This document shows, one piece after another, positions 32,620 through 36,181 of a stretch of 36,181 nucleotides of DNA (the stretch's first letter is position 1; each line of letters begins with the position of its first letter). The position numbers were made by a program, and so were the translations under genes. A model generated the notes under the pieces. That model did no database searches. It was not told the origin of the DNA and saw only the letters and a list, made by a program, of their open reading frames with translations. Source of the stretch: Octopus bimaculoides (Eukaryota); assembly GCF_001194135.2 (NCBI RefSeq), contig NC_068989.1, forward strand, positions 30,113,708-30,149,888, given 5' to 3'.

Positions 32620-35240
32620 CAGGTAGCAAGATTCAATGTTGAATTCTGCAACTCTGTTAACTCTATTAAGTATGTTTGCAAATATATAAACTTAGATGCT
32701 GCAATATAAACTCTTATGCAGAATGGCAGTCAGCAGATAAATAAAAATGACAAAGGTGCACAGTATGACAGAAGATACATCAGTACCAATGAGGTTTTTG
32801 GCGCATCTTCAATTTTCCCATTCATAAGCGGCACCCAGCCATCATTCATCTGAGTGTCCATCTGGAGAATGGCCACAAGGTTATCTTTACAAAACAAACA
32901 GCCTTGCAGCAAGCACTTTGTCTGAAAGAAACTACCATTATTGCCTTTTTAAAGTTGTGTCAAATAGATGAAGGTGCAAGAAAACTCCATTACCCACAAT
33001 TACCCAAGTATTACATGTGGAGGAACAATAAATGATGCAAGAGGAAACGTGGGGCTGACACTCTTGCAAGAATTTACAGTGTCCCCCACAAGTCTAGCAG
33101 AATGCTAACACTTATAGCTCCTTTTGCATGAAATACGTGGTCTCAAATCATTCCAAGATTTGAGGTGGGTAAATGGTCACGTGTGTGAAACTTATAGGGA
33201 AGCATGCTATCAACAAGGTTTATTAGTAAATGATGAGCATTAGGACCTTGCATTGACTGAAGCATCAGTATCAGATTCGCTAAGGAAACTCTGTAACCTT
33301 TTGCAATTATATTAAACATGTGTCAACTTGGCAGTCCCCTACAGGTTTAGATGAAGCATGACTGAGGGCTTAAAGTATGCAGTTCAACAGGCAAACCCAG
33401 ATATCAATATTCAATTCTCTGAAACAATTTTTAACCAAGCATTGATTGAAAATGAGGATCAAGTTTTGGCCATGGGAGGCAAAAATTTGAAAGAGTCTGG
33501 CTCTGGACTGCCAAAAATAAACCATTAAATTAGTGATTTAACTTCAAGAGACATAGCAAGGGAGACAAATTATGACATCACAGAGCTGGCTGCATTTGTG
33601 AATGAACATGAACCTAAACTTCTTCCAGAACAACACTGCATATGATAAAATTATTTCGTCAGTCAGAGGAAAAAGGAGAGGAATTTTCTTTCTTAATGCT
33701 CCTGGTGGCACAGGTAAAGCTAAGGCAACAAAAAAGAATTGCAGTTGCTGTAGCATCATGTGGCATTGCTGCTACCCTTCTCACAGGAGGACGAACAGCT
33801 CATTCTGCTTTAAATTACTGCTAAACCTGGTCACAAATGATAGTTCAATTTGTAACATTAGCAAAGGTTCAGGTTCAGCATGTCACATACAAGTGCAATG
33901 GAAGCTCTTGATAAGACCTTAGAGGACATCAGAGGCAAAAATAAATCTATGGGAGGAGTTACATTAGTTTTATCAAGAGACTTCAGACAGACATCATCAG
34001 TCATCCCGAGACAAAAAAATCTGATGAAATAAAAGCATGCATTAAGTCTTCACACCCATGGAATAAAGTACAGAAATTCTCCTTCAATACTAACATGTGA
34101 GCTTTATTACATGGGAACCAGTATGCAAAACAGTTTTCAACATAGCTCCTGCAATTAAGAAACGGGGAAAGTACCATTTGATGGGAATGGTGATATAGAT
34201 TTGGCTCATATTGCTATCATGGTGAATTCCCCAGCTGAATTGAATAACAGGGTATTTCTAGACTTAAGTAATGATTATAATTCACATAAATGGTTGCATG
34301 AAAGGGCGTTTCNNNNNNNNNNNNNNNNNNNNNNNNNNNNNNNNNNNNNNNNNNNNNNNNNNNNNNNNNNNNNNNNNNNNNNNNNNNNNNNNNNNNNNNN
34401 NNNNNNNNNNNNNNNNNNNNNNNNNNNNNNNNNNNNNNNNNNNNNNNNNNNNNNNNNNNNNNNNNNNNNNNNNNNNNNNNNNNNNNNNNNNNNNNNNNNN
34501 NNNNNNNNNNNNNNNNNNNNNNNNNNNNNNNNNNNNNNNNNNNNNNNNNNNNNNNNNNNNNNNNNNNNNNNNNNNNNNNNNNNNNNNNNNNNNNNNNNNN
34601 NNNNNNNNNNNNNNNNNNNNNNNNNNNNNNNNNNNNNNNNNNNNNNNNNNNNNNNNNNNNNNNNNNNCACATAATGTGACAGAAGCTACCATCATCACTG
34701 GATGTGCCACTGGGGAAAAGGATTTCATTCCAAGAATTTCAATCAAACTAACAGACATGTGATTTGAGTTCAAATGAACACAATTCCCAGTGTGACTTTG
34801 CTTTGCAATGTCTATTAATAAAACTAAAGGTCAGACTTTGAAATCTACTTGCTTGCATTTAACTGAGTCTTGCTTTTCATATGGTCAACTTTAAGTTGGT
34901 TGCTCCAGGGTTGGTAGTTTGCAAGACCTGTTTGTCTATGCTCCAAACCAGAAAACAAAGAATGTTGTTTACCCAAAAACTCTTATGTAATTTCCTTCAA
35001 CATATATGATAGAATTTATCTCCCTTCATAAAAGTAGTAAATTTTGTATTTTCATTTATTATTATTATTATTTGTATTATGAATTCAGAGTTCATTTCCC
35101 AACTGAAAAATAAATTGTATCCTGATTGAAAAATAAGATGAATTTAGAATAACAAATTTCTATACAACATATTTTGCTTTTTTTTTCCCAATATATAAAG
35201 AACAATTTCATTCATGAGCAATGCCAGATGCCTCTGCTAG
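32620..35240 (+). mobile_element. Decayed Helitron (Rep C-terminal part, PIF1-like helicase, 3' CTAG terminus)
   Basis: FNVEFCNSVNSIKYVCKYIN (Rep YxxKY motif), RYISTNE...HPAIIHLSVHLENG, LNAPGGTGK (Walker A), GIAATLLTGGRTAHS, GGVTLVLSRDFRQ, FAMSINKTKGQTL, VYPKTLM* at 34990. Candidate 3' end ...tctgCTAG/T at 35237-35241. 5' end not identified; spans an N gap. Confidence 0.93.
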
Positions 35241-35278
35241 TTTAATATAGAGGAAAGAAAAATGGAGATGGAAACAGG

Positions 35279-35321
<43 letters not shown>

Positions 35322-35432
35322 NNNNNNNNNNNNNNNNNNNNNNNNNNNNNNNNNNNNNNNNNNNNNNNNNNNNNNNNNNNNNNNNNNNNNNNNNNNNNNN
35401 NNNNNNNNNNNNNNNNNNNNNNNNNNNNNNNN

Positions 35433-35478
<46 letters not shown>

Positions 35479-36141
35479 CTAAATAGCAACAATGGCAACA
35501 TGCACGTGTGCTTAAAAAGAGATAGGTGGGGGAAATAAAATCTGCATGGCATCTTTTATAACAGGAGAAAGAGCAGGAATAGTTCTTAGGAGATGATGAG
35601 GAACAAGCAAAAATAGAAAAACTGGAAACTTTATAGATCAGAGGGACAATATAAATAAAAAGAAAAGAAAGATGGAAATGGAAACAGCAAATATATAAAT
35701 ATATAGCAGTGTTTGAAACTAAAATGGCTTACAGTTCTAGGAGTGATTTACGTAGTGTTTTCTGATTAGTGAACAAGTGAAAGTTGAAGGGGTCTGAGAG
35801 AGAGAGAGGTACCTAAATAACAACAATAGCAGCCACAGCATGCATATGTACTTAGAAAGAAAGAGATGGTTGTCTTTATTATTATTATAATTATAATTTT
35901 TGTCATCATTATTAATATATCAGAGCAGTGAGTGGGGGGTGGGGGTCATCATTCTACATTCTAAATTCAAATTTTTTCAAGGTTCACCTGTCATTCCACC
36001 AAGATTCATTAAAACAAGTAATGGTTAAGTAATAATTCATTCAATTGACTTCCCTCCTTTTCAAATTTACGAGCTTATGCCAACTATTACTTGCTCAATA
36101 TTCACATATGTGCTCATTGTATAAACCTTACACACATACAC

Positions 36142-36181
<40 letters not shown>

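Noticed and set aside
35465-35870. Roughly 60-bp duplicated segment following (GA)n tracts (about 35470-35525 and 35805-35865)
   Set aside because: Short, diverged and adjacent to a gap; no structure or coding signal that supports more than a local repeat fragment.

Overview
AT-rich, microsatellite-dense animal genomic DNA with four N gaps (1360-1596, 29529-29616, 34313-34667, 35322-35431). From memory, the repeat families look like those of Octopus; this is inference, not a database result. Most six-frame ORFs are microsatellite or transposon noise. The one well-supported host gene is on the minus strand. Three spliced exons (21394-21264, 18731-18656, 14305-14222) join in frame to KLEDSVEEVRTDVISKHCRVNSTDVEKMALTLSQLSKAIAEQKTQFPQLQDKMKKIMSEEMDIIIQEEKFLKDQPERLESALRRCKKLTGTLFTLKR, the coiled-coil (AIP3-like) region of the SRCIN1/KIAA1217/CG32809 family. 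The rest is transposon-filled, probably intronic sequence. It holds a complete decayed 4185-bp Ty3/Gypsy element (288-bp LTRs, 5-bp TSD), RTE-like LINE pieces, an R4/Dong-like element, several SINE families, a mariner, a hAT derivative with an 8-bp TSD, MITE/foldback elements and a decayed Helitron. The most striking observation is the Gypsy primer-binding site. It is not the canonical TGG type complementary to a tRNA 3' end. It is a 12/12 complement of the first 12 nt of metazoan tRNA-Phe(GAA) as I recall that sequence, flush against the 5' LTR, which suggests priming by a tRNA 5' fragment.
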